A stretch of 38,322 nt of DNA from a virus (lineage: Duplodnaviria; Caudoviricetes): positions 1-38,322 of the IMG/VR virus record IMGVR_UViG_3300010376_000077; one strand, given 5' to 3'. How positions within the stretch are numbered: the first letter of the stretch is position 1; each line of letters opens with the position of its first letter. Position numbers and translations under genes: made by a program. Positions 36,908-38,322 of the stretch are shown piece after piece. A model generated the notes under the pieces. The model did no database searches and had not been told where the DNA came from. It saw nothing but the letters and a program-made list of their open reading frames with translations.

Positions 36908-37873
36908 TCACTCAGGCACAGGCGGCAAAACCGGCATAGCCCAGCAGCGGCAATTCCAAATAGTACCGGGCAACCCAGGCCGATCGTCATCGAGCAACGG
37001 CGGATCGTCCCACCGATAAATCCCCATGCCAAACCCGACATTACGGCGGGCCAGTTCCCGATGCAGCGGCCGCACATCCGCATCATTTGTGTGCAGCCAC
37101 TGGAACAGCTCCGACCCGATATGCTTGGCCCTGACCGCCTGCAACGTCGTCGCCGCTCTCGCCGTTTCGGTGCGAGCCACAGTGTTAGCCGAGGACTGAA
37201 CGTGCAGCCCAGCCTCGCGCACCTGGCGCGTCAGCCCCTCCCAGCGCCGCCCCGCGACCATCGCCTCCTCGGCGGGCCCGCGCATCTGCCGTACGATCTC
37301 TGCCGAAAATGCGCGTGACTGTCGCAGCCGCTCGCTCGCATCGTCGGGTAGCTTCAAGATCTGCTCGACCATGTAGCCATGAAGTTGCCCCATCGCCTGC
37401 GCTGTCGGCGCCCGCTCGACTTCCTGTTTCAGCGCGCGGCCGATCTCTAGCCCGAGGCGATGCCACCCCGAGGCGTCGCGCCTGCTGATATCGGCGAGCA
37501 TGCGGCCTGCCACCGCCTCGGCCCACGGCCCGAGCATCCCGCGGTAGCGGGCGAGCGCCTCCTCGATCTGCTGCCAGCCTGGGTCGGCAGGGTTCGACGG
37601 GTCAAAGATGCCGCGCACGATATCGCCGACCGTCCGCCCGACCCCTCTGAGCTGTTGGGCAAACCTGCTCTCGGCCGCCCGCGCCATGCGGGCGATGCGG
37701 CGGTAGTGAAAGAAGTCGGGGTAGTGCCCCGCCCGCGGGCCGTATTGCCGCCAGCCGCGCCACACCTCGCCTGTCGGGCGCCCCTGCTCATCGAGACGGC
37801 GCCACAGACCTGCGCGCACCCGTTCCCAGTCGCGGCCTGGCGGGGCCTGGTCAAAAGCTAGGGTTTTAGCCAA
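36908..37873 (-). CDS. minor head morphogenesis protein (Mu gpF/SPP1 gp7-like; start uncertain)
   Basis: A..VARTE.ARA, W....DADVRPLH, PG.IWNCRCWA.PV. Confidence 0.85.
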   Translation of the reverse strand: MAKTLAFDQAPPGRDWERVRAGLWRRLDEQGRPTGEVWRGWRQYGPRAGHYPDFFHYRRIARMARAAESRFAQQLRGVGRTVGDIVRGIFDPSNPADPGWQQIEEALARYRGMLGPWAEAVAGRMLADISRRDASGWHRLGLEIGRALKQEVERAPTAQAMGQLHGYMVEQILKLPDDASERLRQSRAFSAEIVRQMRGPAEEAMVAGRRWEGLTRQVREAGLHVQSSANTVARTETARAATTLQAVRAKHIGSELFQWLHTNDADVRPLHRELARRNVGFGMGIYRWDDPPLLDDDRPGLPGTIWNCRCWAMPVLPPVPE

Positions 37874-37913
37874 ACATCACCCCTTGCAGTTTTAGCTAAC
37901 ACCCCCATATAAC
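37863..37913 (+). promoter_or_regulatory. repeated promoter/operator, copy 4, plus an upstream half copy
   Basis: GTTTTAGCCAAACATCACCC then CTTGCAGTTTTAGCTAACACCCCCATATAAC at the divergence point. Confidence 0.75.
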
Positions 37914-37987
37914 CGTTGGGCCAAGCGGCCGTGGATAAGACCACCATCAAGCAAGCGGTCGGGCCCCTCAGATAGGAGCTAATTACG

Positions 37988-38206
37988 ATGGCACGCCACC
38001 ACTACAAGCTGACGGTACTGGCTCATGGTCGAGCGATTTCATGGGAAACCCCGTACCCGCAAACCGCACACAAGTGGTTTCGCTTCACGGTAGAGCATGG
38101 GCGCACGATCGACACTGGCGAGGCGGTCTCACTGGTAGCGCTGCAACGCAACGGTGTTGAAATCAAAGCCGCTGCTATCTCCGATCCTTACGCTAGCCTT
38201 CGCTAA
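37988..38206 (+). CDS. hypothetical protein
   Basis: AGGAG RBS, downstream of promoter copy 4. Confidence 0.65.
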   Translation: MARHHYKLTVLAHGRAISWETPYPQTAHKWFRFTVEHGRTIDTGEAVSLVALQRNGVEIKAAAISDPYASLR

Positions 38207-38221
38207 AGGGGGACTAATACG

Positions 38222-38322
38222 ATGGACGTACAATTCCGCAATCACGGCTCGATCTGGCTGGCGCAGCCGCTCACCGCAGCGGCTGGCGACTGGATCGCCG
38301 AGCACATCCCCGAGGATGCCCA
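38222..38322 (+). CDS. hypothetical protein (partial, runs off the window)
   Basis: GGGGA RBS; MDVQFRNHGSIWLAQPLT... Confidence 0.55.
   Translation, partial: MDVQFRNHGSIWLAQPLTAAAGDWIAEHIPEDA

Overview
About 38 kb of a GC-rich tailed (contractile-tail) phage genome, probably infecting an alphaproteobacterium. The left part (1-12.7 kb, + strand) is an early/accessory region with two SNF2-family helicases, three free-standing HNH endonucleases, a J-domain protein, SWIM and XRE proteins and many small ORFs, preceded by a repeated promoter/operator motif. The right part (12.9-37.9 kb, - strand) is a morphogenesis operon: minor head protein, neck genes, DUF3383 sheath, DUF3277 tube, tail chaperones, a tape measure with two cell-wall hydrolase domains, baseplate genes and three fibre genes. 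Most notable observations: (i) an ORF-less group I intron splits the tail tube gene next to an antisense free-standing HNH gene, which sits beside a synonymously recoded duplicate of the sheath gene's 3' end; (ii) apparent copies of host regulators: a SciP/DUF1153-like gene, a SuhB/MmgR-like sRNA motif and RpoH-like promoters; (iii) a foldon-like + C-terminal DG(G/D)x(W/Y) module shared by three virion proteins; (iv) strong window-wide CCGG avoidance plus a TCGA-depleted fibre module. All family calls come from motif recognition by eye; no database search was run.
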